DNA of 64,000 nucleotides from Escherichia coli (GTDB lineage Bacteria; Pseudomonadota; Gammaproteobacteria; Enterobacterales; Enterobacteriaceae): NCBI RefSeq assembly GCF_024700885.2, contig NZ_CP117016.1; one strand, 5' to 3'. Shown piece by piece: positions 50,960 to 60,918 of this stretch (position 1 is its first letter; each line of letters starts with the position of its first letter). The notes under the pieces were generated by a model. It saw only the letters and a program-made list of their open reading frames with translations, ran no database searches and was not told where the DNA came from. The position numbers and the translations under genes were made by a program.

Positions 50960-52477
50960 TTATTCAGTCGGCAGTGCTACGCGCCAGGGGAGCAGTTCGC
51001 CGACCCGGTTTATCGGCCAGTCGGCTATGACGTCAAGGACATAGCGGAGGTAGCTTTCTGGCTCCACTCCGTTCAGTTTGCACGTCCCGATCAGGCTGTA
51101 CAGCAGCGCTCCCCGCTCTCCTCCATGATCCGAACCGAAGAACAGGTAGTTTTTGCGGCCCAGACTGACCATCCGCAACGCATTTTCAGCGATGTTATTG
51201 TCCGCCTCAGCCCAGCCATCATCTGCATAGTACGTCAGCGCCGGCCACTGGTTCAGGGCGTATGCGAACGCTTTCGCCAGTTCTGAGTGTCGCGACAGGG
51301 TTTTCATCTTTTCACGCAGCCAGCTTTCCAGGGATTTCAGCAGCGGTTTCGTTTTCAACTGACGTTCGGCAAGGCGCTGCTCCGCCGTCATTCCCCTTAT
51401 CTCTGCCTCGATGGCGTACAGTTCGCCGATCCGTTTCAGCGCTTCCTCCGTCAGGGCTGACGGGGTACGAACGTGCACATCGTGGATTTTACGGCGGGCG
51501 TGAGCCCAACAGGCGGCTTCCGTTATCCGGCCATCCCGGTACAGCTCGTTGAACCCGGCGTATGCATCCGCCTGCAGTACACCACTGAACCCCGCAAGAT
51601 GGGTCTGCGGATGGATGCCTTTTCTGTCCGGGCTGTAAGCGAACCACACCGCCGGCGCCTGCGTTGACCCGGCGTTACGGTCGTCACGAACGTAGGTCCA
51701 TAACCGCCCGGTCTTCGTTTTCTTATTAGGCGTGTCATCAGCATGGAGCTTACCGTCAGTCAGCACATAGTCCTGAAGCGCCTCTTCCAGCGGAGACAGC
51801 AGCCGGCAGCATGCATCCACCCAGCCCGACAGCAGTGAACGGCTCAGCTCCACACTTTGCCGACCGTATATTTCTGACTGGCGATACAGCGGGGTGTGCT
51901 CTGCATACTTCGAGGTCAGCACGCGGGCCAGCAGCCCCGGTCCGGCGATACCCCGCTCGATGGGCCGTGAAGGCGCGGGGGCCTGCACGATGGCATCGCA
52001 CTGAGTACAGGCATGCTTTTCACGTACAGTCCGGATAACCCGGAAGGCGCTGCGCATCAGCTCCAGCTGTTCGGCGGCATCCTCACCCAGATAGCTCAGC
52101 GAGCCTCCACATTCCGGGCAGCATGACGCTGCCGGCAGCAGCCGTTTTTCATCGCGGGGGAGTGATTCGGGGAACGGTTTGCGGGTGCGGGTTTGACGCA
52201 GCGGGCGCTGCACGGCCGGGTCGTCAACCCGACCGGTAAGGGTATCACTTTCTTTCTGAAGTGCCTTCAGGTCAGCTTCCATCTGTGCGATACGACGGGA
52301 GACTTTTTCGGAGCAGCTGCCGAAGTTCATCCGGCGCAGCTTATCCAGCTGTGCCTGCAGATGGTCTATTTCGCGTTCACGCTCGTTCAGCTTTTCCAGC
52401 AGGGCACGGTTCAGCGCCTCCTGTTCGGCAAGGAGACGTTTCAGTGCATTGATATCGTCAGGAAGTGAGCTGCTCAT
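50960..52477 (-). CDS. IS66-family transposase TnpC (Orf3)
   Basis: 505 aa; CCPECGG zinc-finger-like motif, typical IS66 Orf3. Confidence 0.85.
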   Translation of the reverse strand: MSSSLPDDINALKRLLAEQEALNRALLEKLNEREREIDHLQAQLDKLRRMNFGSCSEKVSRRIAQMEADLKALQKESDTLTGRVDDPAVQRPLRQTRTRKPFPESLPRDEKRLLPAASCCPECGGSLSYLGEDAAEQLELMRSAFRVIRTVREKHACTQCDAIVQAPAPSRPIERGIAGPGLLARVLTSKYAEHTPLYRQSEIYGRQSVELSRSLLSGWVDACCRLLSPLEEALQDYVLTDGKLHADDTPNKKTKTGRLWTYVRDDRNAGSTQAPAVWFAYSPDRKGIHPQTHLAGFSGVLQADAYAGFNELYRDGRITEAACWAHARRKIHDVHVRTPSALTEEALKRIGELYAIEAEIRGMTAEQRLAERQLKTKPLLKSLESWLREKMKTLSRHSELAKAFAYALNQWPALTYYADDGWAEADNNIAENALRMVSLGRKNYLFFGSDHGGERGALLYSLIGTCKLNGVEPESYLRYVLDVIADWPINRVGELLPWRVALPTE

Positions 52478-52525
52478 ACCGGGTATATTACCAGGCTCAT
52501 TCAGCGTCGACCAGGATAAAGAGGC

Positions 52526-52873
52526 TTACAACATAGTCAGGGACGTAAGCAGTCTTTTAGGCTGCCGCCAGTCGATACCTTCCAGCAGCATCGCCAGCTG
52601 TGCCGGTGTGAGGAACACTTTGCCATCCCGGGCTGACGGCCAGGCGAAGCGGCCGTGCTCCAGCCGTTTGGTCAGCAGACACAGTCCATCGCCGGTAGAC
52701 CAGAGGAGCTTTACCTGACTGCCATTACGCCCACGGAAGATAAAAACGTGACCTGACATCGGATCGTCTTTCAGCGTCGTCTGCACCTTTGCCGCCAGGC
52801 CGTTGAAGCCGTTTCTCATATCGGTGATGCCAGCGACCAGCCAGATCTTTGTCCCTGATGGTAATGGGATCAA
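52526..52873 (-). CDS. IS66-family accessory protein TnpB (Orf2)
   Basis: 115 aa [31 protein letters not shown]... typical IS66 Orf2. Confidence 0.85.
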   Translation of the reverse strand: MIPLPSGTKIWLVAGITDMRNGFNGLAAKVQTTLKDDPMSGHVFIFRGRNGSQVKLLWSTGDGLCLLTKRLEHGRFAWPSARDGKVFLTPAQLAMLLEGIDWRQPKRLLTSLTML

Positions 52874-53274
52874 CGTTTGAGCTCCCGTATCAGCAGGTTC
52901 AGGATATTTTCGCTGATGGCACCATTCAGACGGAGTGATCCGTGCCGGAACGTCACTTCACAGCTGATATTGAGTGATTCAGGTGTCGCAGCTGCTACAG
53001 GTTGTGACCGGGGGGAGGTTGTAGGGACAACATCTTCGGCATCAAGTGTTATCGGGAGCAGCTCAGGCACGTTGTTTTCTGTTGTTGAAGGAGGACGTAG
53101 TTTTCCTTCGCGCCAGTACTGGCGCCACTTGAACAGCAAATTATCGTTGATCCCATGCTCACGAGCGAGTTGCGCTACGGAGATCTCTGGTCGATGCGAG
53201 AGTTCAACCATTTTGATTTTGAACTCAACGGGATAATTAGGGCTTTTTTTACGCACTGCAGTTAATGATTTCAT
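52870..53274 (-). CDS. IS66-family accessory protein TnpA (Orf1)
   Basis: 134 aa, overlaps Orf2 start by 4 nt (ATGA). Confidence 0.8.
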   Translation of the reverse strand: MKSLTAVRKKSPNYPVEFKIKMVELSHRPEISVAQLAREHGINDNLLFKWRQYWREGKLRPPSTTENNVPELLPITLDAEDVVPTTSPRSQPVAAATPESLNISCEVTFRHGSLRLNGAISENILNLLIRELKR

Positions 53275-53355
53275 GGATAGCGTCCACCATATTTGGTGTC
53301 CACTATTCTCTCAGGAATTTCAGGATCTGCCAGACGGTGCTGAGACGACGCTTAC

Positions 53356-53363
53356 AGATATGC
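53356..53363. repeat. 8-bp target-site duplication AGATATGC (right copy)
   Basis: Matches 50915-50922. Confidence 0.7.
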
Positions 53364-53593
53364 CGGGTTACACAGAGTATGTCCTGGCTGAAGGATCTTT
53401 CTCATACGGGCAGGCGGTTGCTGTCATAACAGCTTACCGCAATGTGTTTATCCAGGATGACCCGGGAATGCATTTCCGTCGGATTATCCGCAACACGGAA
53501 GGTCAGCGACGCTGGCGCTGCCGGAATTCTGAACCCGATGCCGGAAAGGTGCTTAATACGCGGCTCGCCAGTGACGGTCTTCTCAGACAATAA
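53361..53593 (+). CDS. hypothetical prophage protein (77 aa), separated from its ribosome-binding site by the IS66 insertion
   Basis: ATG lies inside the right TSD copy; the matching SD (AGGAG) lies next to the left TSD copy on the other side of the IS. Confidence 0.4.
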
Positions 53594-53692
53594 ACGTCAT
53601 TCATTTCATCTGTCAGGCCGCGTCTTCTCCGGGAGACGTGGCTTTTTCATTTATTACACCAGTAAATCTTAACCACCGATAAGGAGCAAATT

Positions 53693-54511
53693 ATGCGACT
53701 AGCCAGTCGTTTTGGTTATGCGAACCAGATACGCCGTGACCGTCCGCTGACACACGAAGAACTGATGCACTATGTACCCGGTATTTTTGGGGAAGACCGG
53801 CATACCTCCCGCAGTGAACGCTATACGTATATCCCCACCATCACCGTGCTGGAAAGTCTGCAGCGGGAAGGCTTTCAGCCGTTCTTCGCCTGCCAGACCC
53901 GTGTGCGCGACCCGGGCCGCCGGGGATACACAAAACACATGCTGCGTCTGCGGCGGGCCGGAGAGATAAACGGAGAACATGTCCCTGAAATTATTCTGCT
54001 CAACTCTCATGACGGTACCTCCAGCTACCAGATGCTGCCGGGTTACTTCAGGTTCGTCTGCCAGAACGGATGCGTCTGTGGTCAGTCTCTGGGGGAAGTG
54101 CGTGTTCCGCACCGGGGAAATGTGGTGGAGAAAGTTATTGAAGGGGCTTACGAGGTGGTGGGGGTTTTTGACCGGATTGAGGAAAAGCGTGATGCCATGC
54201 AGTCGCTGATTCTGCCGCCACCGGCACGCCAGGCGCTGGCACAGGCGGCACTGACTTACCGTTATGGTGACGAACATCAGCCCGTCACCACCGCCGACAT
54301 TCTGACACCACGACGCCGGGAGGATTACGGTAAGGACCTGTGGAGTGCTTATCAGACCATTCAGGAGAATATGCTGAAAGGCGGAATTTCAGGTCGCAGC
54401 GCTAAAGGAAAACGTATCCATACCCGTGCCATTCACAGCATTGACACTGACATTAAGCTCAACCGCGCATTGTGGGTGATGGCGGAAACGCTGCTGGAGA
54501 GCCTGCGCTGA
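53693..54511 (+). CDS. DUF932-family prophage protein (YfjQ/YafZ-like)
   Basis: 272 aa; SD AAGGAG upstream; position typical for CP4-type islands. Confidence 0.6.
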   Translation: MRLASRFGYANQIRRDRPLTHEELMHYVPGIFGEDRHTSRSERYTYIPTITVLESLQREGFQPFFACQTRVRDPGRRGYTKHMLRLRRAGEINGEHVPEIILLNSHDGTSSYQMLPGYFRFVCQNGCVCGQSLGEVRVPHRGNVVEKVIEGAYEVVGVFDRIEEKRDAMQSLILPPPARQALAQAALTYRYGDEHQPVTTADILTPRRREDYGKDLWSAYQTIQENMLKGGISGRSAKGKRIHTRAIHSIDTDIKLNRALWVMAETLLESLR

Positions 54512-54565
54512 TTCAGCCATTACCCTGAAAACCACGCATTTATTTGTCCTTTAAGGAGTCATTTC

Positions 54566-55051
54566 ATGAAAACCATTTCACATAATTCCACCACATCTTC
54601 TGTTTCCGTAACCACTGCATCAGGGAATGACCAGCCTCAGTTGGTTGCCACCATAGTCCCTGATGAACAGCGCATCAGCTTCTGGCCGCAGCATTTTGGC
54701 CTCATTCCACAGTGGGTGACCCTGGAGCCCCGTGTCTTCGGCTGGATGGACCGTCTGTGCGAAGACTACTGCGGTGGTATCTGGAATCTGTACACCCTGA
54801 ACAACGGCGGGGCATTTATGGCACCCGAACCGGATGACGATGATGACGAAACATGGGTACTGTTCAATGCCATGAACGGTAACCGCGCTGAAATGAGCCC
54901 GGAAGCCGCCGGCATTGCTGCCTGTCTGATGACGTACAGTCATCATGCCTGTCGTACGGAGTGTTATGCCATGACGGTCCATTATTACCGGCTGCGGGAT
55001 TACGCCCTGCAGCATCCGGAATGCAGCGCCATTATGCGCATCATCGACTGA
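54566..55051 (+). CDS. antirestriction protein (KlcA/ArdB-like)
   Basis: 161 aa, acidic patch EPDDDDDETW; position before the radC-like gene as in CP4 elements. Confidence 0.55.
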   Translation: MKTISHNSTTSSVSVTTASGNDQPQLVATIVPDEQRISFWPQHFGLIPQWVTLEPRVFGWMDRLCEDYCGGIWNLYTLNNGGAFMAPEPDDDDDETWVLFNAMNGNRAEMSPEAAGIAACLMTYSHHACRTECYAMTVHYYRLRDYALQHPECSAIMRIID

Positions 55052-55066
55052 ATGGAGGCAGGGACA

Positions 55067-55543
55067 ATGCAGCAGCTTTCCTTTCTGCCCGGAAACATGA
55101 CGCCCGGCGAGCGCAGCCTCATTCAGCGGGCCCTGAAAACCCTGGACCGCCATCTTCATGAACCCGGCGTGGCCTTCACCTCCACGCATGCGGCACGGGA
55201 ATGGCTGATTCTGAACATGGCGGGACTGGAGCGTGAAGAATTCCGGGTGCTGTATCTGAATAACCAGAATCAGCTGATTGCCGGTGAAACCCTCTTCACC
55301 GGCACCATCAACCGCACGGAAGTCCATCCCCGGGAAGTGATTAAACGCGCCCTGTACCACAATGCCGCTGCCGTGGTGCTGGCGCACAATCACCCGTCCG
55401 GTGAAGTCACACCCAGCAAGGCAGACCGCCTTATCACGGAACGTCTGGTACAGGCACTGGGCCTGGTGGATATCCGGGTGCCGGACCATCTGATAGTCGG
55501 TGGCAGCCAGGTTTTCTCCTTTGCCGAACATGGTCTGCTTTAA
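55067..55543 (+). CDS. yeeS: RadC-like JAB-domain protein (YeeS/YkfG family)
   Basis: JAMM-like motif VLAHNHPSGEVTPSKAD. Confidence 0.7.
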   Translation: MQQLSFLPGNMTPGERSLIQRALKTLDRHLHEPGVAFTSTHAAREWLILNMAGLEREEFRVLYLNNQNQLIAGETLFTGTINRTEVHPREVIKRALYHNAAAVVLAHNHPSGEVTPSKADRLITERLVQALGLVDIRVPDHLIVGGSQVFSFAEHGLL

Positions 55544-55605
55544 CCCGTCACAACCACATCACACCTGTTTTCACTTTTATCTTCTGTCTTCAGAGGTATC
55601 CCATT

Positions 55606-55827
55606 ATGAAAATCATCACCCGTGGTGAAGCCATGCGTATTCACCAACAGCATCCTGCATCCCGTCTTTTTCCGTTCTGTACCGGCAAATACCGCTGGCA
55701 CGGCAGTGTTGAGGCGTATACCGGTCGTGAAGTGCAGGATATTCCCGGTGTGCTGGCCGTGTTTGCTGAACGCCGTAAGGACAGTTTTGGCCCGTATGTC
55801 CGGCTGATGAGCGTCACTCTGAACTGA
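55606..55827 (+). CDS. yeeT: DUF987 protein YeeT
   Basis: 73 aa MKIITRGEAMRIHQQHPASRLFPFCTGKYRWHGS... Confidence 0.7.
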   Translation: MKIITRGEAMRIHQQHPASRLFPFCTGKYRWHGSVEAYTGREVQDIPGVLAVFAERRKDSFGPYVRLMSVTLN

Positions 55828-56046
55828 GTCAGTAAGGGCATTCTGATGAGCAGAATTATCACCACCACCGTGTATACACTGCATGAGCTATCCTCCACCG
55901 CACAGGAAAAAGCCCGCGACTGGTACCGTCAGCATCATGCTGACAGCAACTGGTATGAAAACGTGTATGAGGACTTCAGGGAGGTCTGAGGCATTTTCGG
56001 AATTGACCTCCGCCAGCGCGTTTTCCGGCTCAGCAACGGCAGGTTT

Positions 56047-56529
56047 ATGGAAGAGCCGTGCATCTGGTTCAGCGGATTCTGCAGCCAGGGGGACGGAGCC
56101 TGTTTTGAAGGGCGCTGGCACTGGCAGCCAGCGACACCCCGGAAAATCAGGGAATATGCCCCTCAGGACCGTGAGCTTCATCGTATCGCGGATACCCTGC
56201 AGGCGGTGCAGAAACGTAACTTCTGGCAGCTTCAGGCTGAAATCAGTCACCGGGGACGTTACTGCCATCCGTACAGCATGGATATCACCGTCACCCGGAA
56301 CAGTCCGACTGGTCAGGCAATGACAACCGATGCGGAAGCCGCTGTCAGCGAAGCCCTGCGCGACCAGGCCTTCTGGCTGTACCGCCAGCTGGAAAACAAG
56401 TACGACTGGCTGACCTCAGACACCGCTGTGGATGAGGCCCTTCTCATCAACGAATATACCTTCACCGAAGCCGGTCTGCGCGCCGGCTGCCCCGTCATCG
56501 TTAAACTATCATTCACCGATTTTCTGTGA
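56047..56529 (+). CDS. hypothetical prophage protein (160 aa); possibly the C-terminal part of a gene whose 5' part (55846-55989) is in another frame
   Basis: Short ORF MSRIITTTVYTLHELSSTAQEKARDWYRQHHADSNWYENVYEDFREV ends 58 bp upstream with good SD context. Confidence 0.4.
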   Translation: MEEPCIWFSGFCSQGDGACFEGRWHWQPATPRKIREYAPQDRELHRIADTLQAVQKRNFWQLQAEISHRGRYCHPYSMDITVTRNSPTGQAMTTDAEAAVSEALRDQAFWLYRQLENKYDWLTSDTAVDEALLINEYTFTEAGLRAGCPVIVKLSFTDFL

Positions 56530-56539
56530 GGATTTTATC

Positions 56540-56908
56540 ATGTCGGACACACTCCCCGGAACAACGCTTCCCGACGACAACAAAGACCGCTCCTGGTGGG
56601 GGCTGCCCTGCACCGTGACGCCCTGTTTCGGCGCCCGTCTGGTGCAGGAGGGTAACCGGTTGCATTAACTTGCAGACCGCGCCGGTATCAGAGGCCGGTT
56701 CAGCGATGCGGATGCGAACCATCTGGACCAGGCCTTTCCGCTGCTGATGAAACAACTGGAACTCATGTTCACCAGCAGTGAACTGAATCCCCACCGTCAG
56801 AATACCGTCACGCTGTATGCTAAAGGGCTGACCTGCCATGCGGACACCCTCGGCAGCTGTGGTTACGTTTATCTTGCTGTTTATCCGACGCCCGAAACGA
56901 AACAGTAA
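56540..56908 (+). pseudogene. cbeA: cbeA (yeeU) antitoxin with in-frame premature TAA at codon 43
   Basis: MSDTLPGTTLPDDNKDRSWWGLPCTVTPCFGARLVQEGNRLH-stop; the same frame continues after the stop as [79 protein letters not shown]. Confidence 0.7.
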
Positions 56909-56997
56909 ATCACCGGAATAACCTTCTGCTCCGGCCTGGTGCTTTCACCACGCCACTTTTCCATTTTTCATCTCTGCATATCAGGAAAATCTTCAGT

Positions 56998-57375
56998 GTG
57001 AAAACATTACCCGACACACACGTACGGGAGGCATCGCGCTGCCCGTCTCCCGTCACCATCTGGCAGACACTGCTGTCCCGACTACTGGGCCAGCATTACG
57101 GCCTTACGCTGAATGACACACCGTTCGCCGATGAACGTGTGATTGAGCAGCATATTGAAGCTGGCATTTCACTGTGTGATGCGGTGAACTTTCTCGTTGA
57201 AAAATACGCACTGGTACGTACCGACCAGCCGGGATTCAGCGCCTGTACCCGCTCTCAGTTAATAAACAGTATTGATATTCTCCGGGCTCGCAGGGCAACC
57301 GGCCTGATGACCCGCGATAACTACAGAACGGTAAATAACATTACCCAGGGGAAGCATCCGGAGGCGAAACAATGA
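56998..57375 (+). CDS. cbtA: CbtA (YeeV) cytoskeleton-targeting toxin, GTG start
   Basis: 125 aa ...[77 protein letters not shown]... Confidence 0.8.
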   Translation: MKTLPDTHVREASRCPSPVTIWQTLLSRLLGQHYGLTLNDTPFADERVIEQHIEAGISLCDAVNFLVEKYALVRTDQPGFSACTRSQLINSIDILRARRATGLMTRDNYRTVNNITQGKHPEAKQ

Positions 57376-57860
57376 AACTGGCCCTGACGTTGGAAGCCGA
57401 CAGCATTAATGTGCAGGCACTGAGCATGGGGCGAATTGTCGTTGATGTCGATGGTGTTAATTTCACTGAACTGATTAACAAGGTCGCTGAAAACGGTTAT
57501 TCACTCCGCGTGGTGGAGGAATCCGACCAACAGTCAACCTGCACACTACCACCGTTTGCAACCCTTGCCGGCATACGCTGCAGTACCGCACATATCACGG
57601 AAAAGGATAACGCCTGGCTGTACTCGCTGTCACACCAGACCAGTGACTTCGGTGAATCAGAATGGATTCATTTCACAGGTAGCGGATATCTGTTACGTAC
57701 CGATGCGTGGTCATATCCGGTTCTGCGGCTTAAACGCCTGGGGTTGTCAAAAACGTTCCGTCGTCTGGTTGTCACACTCATCCAACGTTATGGCGTCAGT
57801 CTCATTCATCTGGATGCCAGCGCTGAATGCCTGCCGGGTTTACCCACTTTCAACTGCTAA
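57372..57860 (+). CDS. yeeW: CP4-44 protein YeeW
   Basis: 162-aa ORF overlapping cbtA stop by 4 nt, position as in CP4-44. Confidence 0.6.
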   Translation: MKLALTLEADSINVQALSMGRIVVDVDGVNFTELINKVAENGYSLRVVEESDQQSTCTLPPFATLAGIRCSTAHITEKDNAWLYSLSHQTSDFGESEWIHFTGSGYLLRTDAWSYPVLRLKRLGLSKTFRRLVVTLIQRYGVSLIHLDASAECLPGLPTFNC

Positions 57861-57871
57861 CCAGGAACAAC

Positions 57872-58069
57872 ATGAAATCATTAACCACGGAAACCGCACT
57901 GGATATTCTGATTGCGTGGCTGCAGGACAATATCGACTGCGAATCGGGAATTATCTTTGACAACGATGAGGATAGAACGGATTCGGCAGCACTGTTGCCC
58001 TGTATCGAACAGGCCAGAGAGGATGTCCATACCCTGCGCCAGTTGCAGTTTCTGCACCAGAACCGGTGA
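57872..58069 (+). CDS. hypothetical small protein (65 aa)
   Basis: ORF track 57827..58069; likely start MKSLTTETALD at 57872. Confidence 0.35.
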   Translation: MKSLTTETALDILIAWLQDNIDCESGIIFDNDEDRTDSAALLPCIEQAREDVHTLRQLQFLHQNR

Positions 58070-58165
58070 GTCTCACTCATCATCTCACTCACCAGACTTC
58101 ATTCCACTGACGCCAGCCTGAACACGGCTGGCGTTTTCATTTATCTGCAAAAAGGAATATCGATT

Positions 58166-58582
58166 ATGTCTGAAATCACAGTCTCCCGTCCGGAAGTGGT
58201 CAACGAGAATACGGACGTTATCTGCTCCACCTCAGTCAGGTACAGGTCACTGGAATATGATAATTTTCCGGAAATCAGCGAAGCGAACATTCTGAGCACA
58301 TTTGAACAACTGCACCAGAACAAAGATGAAGTGTTTGAACGGGGAGTGATCAACGTCTTCAAAGAGCTGAGCTGGGATTACAAAACCAACTCACCCTGTA
58401 AATTTGGCAGTAAAATTATCGTCAACAATCTGGTGAGGTGGGACCAGTGGGGATTTCATCTTATCAGTGGAATGCAGGCAGATCGCCTGGCTGACTTGGA
58501 AAGAATGTTGCATCTGCTCAGCGGTAAACCGATCCCCGACAACCGAGGGAATATCACCATTAATCTGGATGACCAACTATGA
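58166..58582 (+). CDS. hypothetical protein (138 aa), possibly 3'-truncated by the IS21 insertion
   Basis: ORF track; ends ~60 bp before the IS21-family element. Confidence 0.4.
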   Translation: MSEITVSRPEVVNENTDVICSTSVRYRSLEYDNFPEISEANILSTFEQLHQNKDEVFERGVINVFKELSWDYKTNSPCKFGSKIIVNNLVRWDQWGFHLISGMQADRLADLERMLHLLSGKPIPDNRGNITINLDDQL

Positions 58583-58670
58583 GACGACAATAACTCAGTC
58601 CGCCTGGCGCCGATTATTCTGGCCGGTTTTGTAACCTGAGTGTCATTTACATGATCCAACAGGAAATGGC

Positions 58671-59951
58671 GTGACGCTCAATACTTCTCAGGTCAGTTAC
58701 TATATGACTCAGCGTAAGAAAGGTATAACTCAGCATATCTCGGCCATGAAGGCTGGTATCTCAGTCCGTTCTGGTCGTCGGATCGAAAAAGGAGAGTGGG
58801 CAAAAAACAGTGTTCGGCACTGGCGCACACGCAAAGATCCTCTGGAAGCTGTGTGGGACAGCATGCTTGTTCCTCTGTTGAAAGAGAGGCCGGCTCTGAC
58901 ACCAACAACTCTGCTGGAGATGCTACAGGATAAATATCCCGGCCAGTACCCCAACAGCCTTCGAAGAACAATGCAACGGCGGGTCCGCGAATGGAAGCTA
59001 CAGTATGGTGCAGAGCAGGAGGTCATGTTCCGCCAGCGACATCAGCCCGGTCTGCGAGGTCTGTCGGACTTTACTGAACTGAAAGGTGTAGTTGTCACCA
59101 TCGCCGGTAAGTTGTTGGCGCATAAGTTGTATCACTTCCGTCTGGAATGGAGCCACTGGAGCTGGATGCGGGTTGTGCTGGGTGGTGAGAGCTTCTCTGC
59201 TCTGGCTGAAGGTCTGCAGGAAGCCCTCGGACAACTGGGCGGAGTGCCGGTAGAACATAAAACGGACAGCCTGAGGGCAGCATGGAAACAACAGGGCGAA
59301 GATGGACGCCGCGAGCTGACTGAGCGTTATGCTGCTCTCTGTCAGCACTACGGAATGCAGGGCGTACACAATAATGCCGGTCGGGGCCACGAAAATGGCT
59401 CGGTTGAAAGTGCCCACGGACATCTGAAAAGGCGTATCTGTCAGGCGCTGATACTGCGGGGCAGTAACGACTTCAGCACCATAGAAGAATATCAGGCCTT
59501 CATCACTCAGCAGGTTATGCGGCACAACCGTAACAATCAGGATCTGGTCAAGGAAGAACGTCTTCATCTGAAACCGCTGCCGCTTCGTCGCAGTGCTGAC
59601 TATGATGAGCTGACTGTGAGGGTTAGCCGCAGCAGTACCATCAATGTGAAGCACGTCGTCTACAGCGTACCTTCCCGGCTTGTAGGTCAACTGTTACGGG
59701 TCCGGTTATGGGACGATCGTCTGAGCTGTTACGTTGGCAGCAGCGAGGTCATGAGCTGCCCACGTGTCAGACCAGAAAAAGGGAAGACGCGGGCCCGTCG
59801 TATCGACTTCCGACATGTGATCGACAGTCTGGCAAAAAAGCCCGGTGCGTTCTGCCATGCAACGCTGAGAAATGACATCCTGCCAGACGATGAATGGCGG
59901 AGGCTGTGGCGTCGCTTATGTAATCATCTGGAACCCGACATGGCAGGCTGA
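58671..59951 (+). CDS. istA: IS21-family transposase IstA (possibly lacking its C-terminal ~70 aa through a frame change)
   Basis: 426-aa ORF (GTG start in track) with HTH and DDE-type core. Confidence 0.7.
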   Translation: MTLNTSQVSYYMTQRKKGITQHISAMKAGISVRSGRRIEKGEWAKNSVRHWRTRKDPLEAVWDSMLVPLLKERPALTPTTLLEMLQDKYPGQYPNSLRRTMQRRVREWKLQYGAEQEVMFRQRHQPGLRGLSDFTELKGVVVTIAGKLLAHKLYHFRLEWSHWSWMRVVLGGESFSALAEGLQEALGQLGGVPVEHKTDSLRAAWKQQGEDGRRELTERYAALCQHYGMQGVHNNAGRGHENGSVESAHGHLKRRICQALILRGSNDFSTIEEYQAFITQQVMRHNRNNQDLVKEERLHLKPLPLRRSADYDELTVRVSRSSTINVKHVVYSVPSRLVGQLLRVRLWDDRLSCYVGSSEVMSCPRVRPEKGKTRARRIDFRHVIDSLAKKPGAFCHATLRNDILPDDEWRRLWRRLCNHLEPDMAG

Positions 59952-60166
59952 TGGTACATGCTCTGAAACTGGCTGCAGGATACGACGATATCTCAGTCGT
60001 GGCAAAAGGTATGGAGCAGATGCTGAATACCCCGGGAAACGTGGATCTGCACCGGCTGATGCGCTTCCTGGGTATAAAGGAAAAGGCGTTGCCGGTAGTC
60101 AATGTGAAACAGCATAACCTGAGCAGTTATGAGCAACTACTGCGTGGCAAGGGAGGTTCGCAGTGA
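59951..60166 (+). CDS. 71-aa ORF between istA and istB, probably the displaced C-terminus of IstA
   Basis: Starts 1 nt after the istA stop in the +1 frame and overlaps the istB start. Confidence 0.35.
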   Translation: MVHALKLAAGYDDISVVAKGMEQMLNTPGNVDLHRLMRFLGIKEKALPVVNVKQHNLSSYEQLLRGKGGSQ

Positions 60167-60918
60167 GCAATATCCATCACCTTGAACGCAGCCTGCGTAA
60201 ACTACGCCTGACACGAGTTGGAGCTGAATGGCACGCTCTGGAAAAACGAGCACTGGCAGAAGGCTGGACACCATCGCGCTATCTTCTGACGCTATGCAAT
60301 GAAGAACTCCTGTGGCGCGAGAGTGAAAAACTGCGTCGTTATAAAAAGGAGGCCCGGTTGCCAGTTGCCAAAACGCTAAGCGAATACGACTTCAGTCAGG
60401 TGCCGGAACTGAATGGAGCTCAGTTCCGGCAACTCTGTGAAACGACAGACTGGGTTGATGCAGGAGAAAACGTTCTGCTGTTCGGAGCCAGCGGGTTGGG
60501 GAAAAGCCATCTGGCGGCAGCGATCGTGGATGGCGTAGTAGGCCAGGGCTACCGGGCCCGGTTCTACAGCGCAGGAGAGTTGTTGCAGGAACTACGTAAA
60601 GCCAGAGCGCAGTTGAAACTGAATGAGCTGCTACTGAAACTGGATCGCTACCGGGTGATAGTGGTGGATGATCTTGGCTATGTCAAACGCGACAGCGCCG
60701 AAACGGGAGTACTGTTCGAGTTAATAGCGCATCGCTATGAACGTGGGAGCCTGGTGATAACCAGTAACCATCCGTTCAGCATGTGGGGCAGCATCTTCGT
60801 GGATGAGACTATGGCGGTGGCGGCGGCAGACCGGCTGATCCATCACGGATATATGTTCGAACTGAAAGGTGAAAGCTACAGGAAAAAGACAGCGAAGGCA
60901 GTAACAAGCGCGACTTGA
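60163..60918 (+). CDS. istB: IS21-family helper ATPase IstB
   Basis: Walker A GASGLGKSHLAAA, Walker B VIVVDDLGY. Confidence 0.85.
   Translation: MSNIHHLERSLRKLRLTRVGAEWHALEKRALAEGWTPSRYLLTLCNEELLWRESEKLRRYKKEARLPVAKTLSEYDFSQVPELNGAQFRQLCETTDWVDAGENVLLFGASGLGKSHLAAAIVDGVVGQGYRARFYSAGELLQELRKARAQLKLNELLLKLDRYRVIVVDDLGYVKRDSAETGVLFELIAHRYERGSLVITSNHPFSMWGSIFVDETMAVAAADRLIHHGYMFELKGESYRKKTAKAVTSAT

Larger units (their letters stand above)
50923..53355 (-). mobile_element. IS66-family insertion sequence (tnpA-tnpB-tnpC), ~2.4 kb
   Basis: Ends begin with GTAAGCGT in inverted orientation; three-ORF IS66 architecture; flanked by 8-bp direct repeat. Confidence 0.8.

Noticed and set aside
50957-51286. 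109-aa plus-strand ORF starting near the IS66 left end
   Set aside because: Antisense to IS66 tnpC; an artefact of reading from flanking DNA into the element.
54620-55531. 303-aa minus-strand ORF
   Set aside because: Antisense to the plus-strand antirestriction and radC-like genes, which have recognisable motifs and proper ribosome-binding sites; no independent support.
58998-59690. 230-aa minus-strand ORF
   Set aside because: Antisense to IS21 istA.
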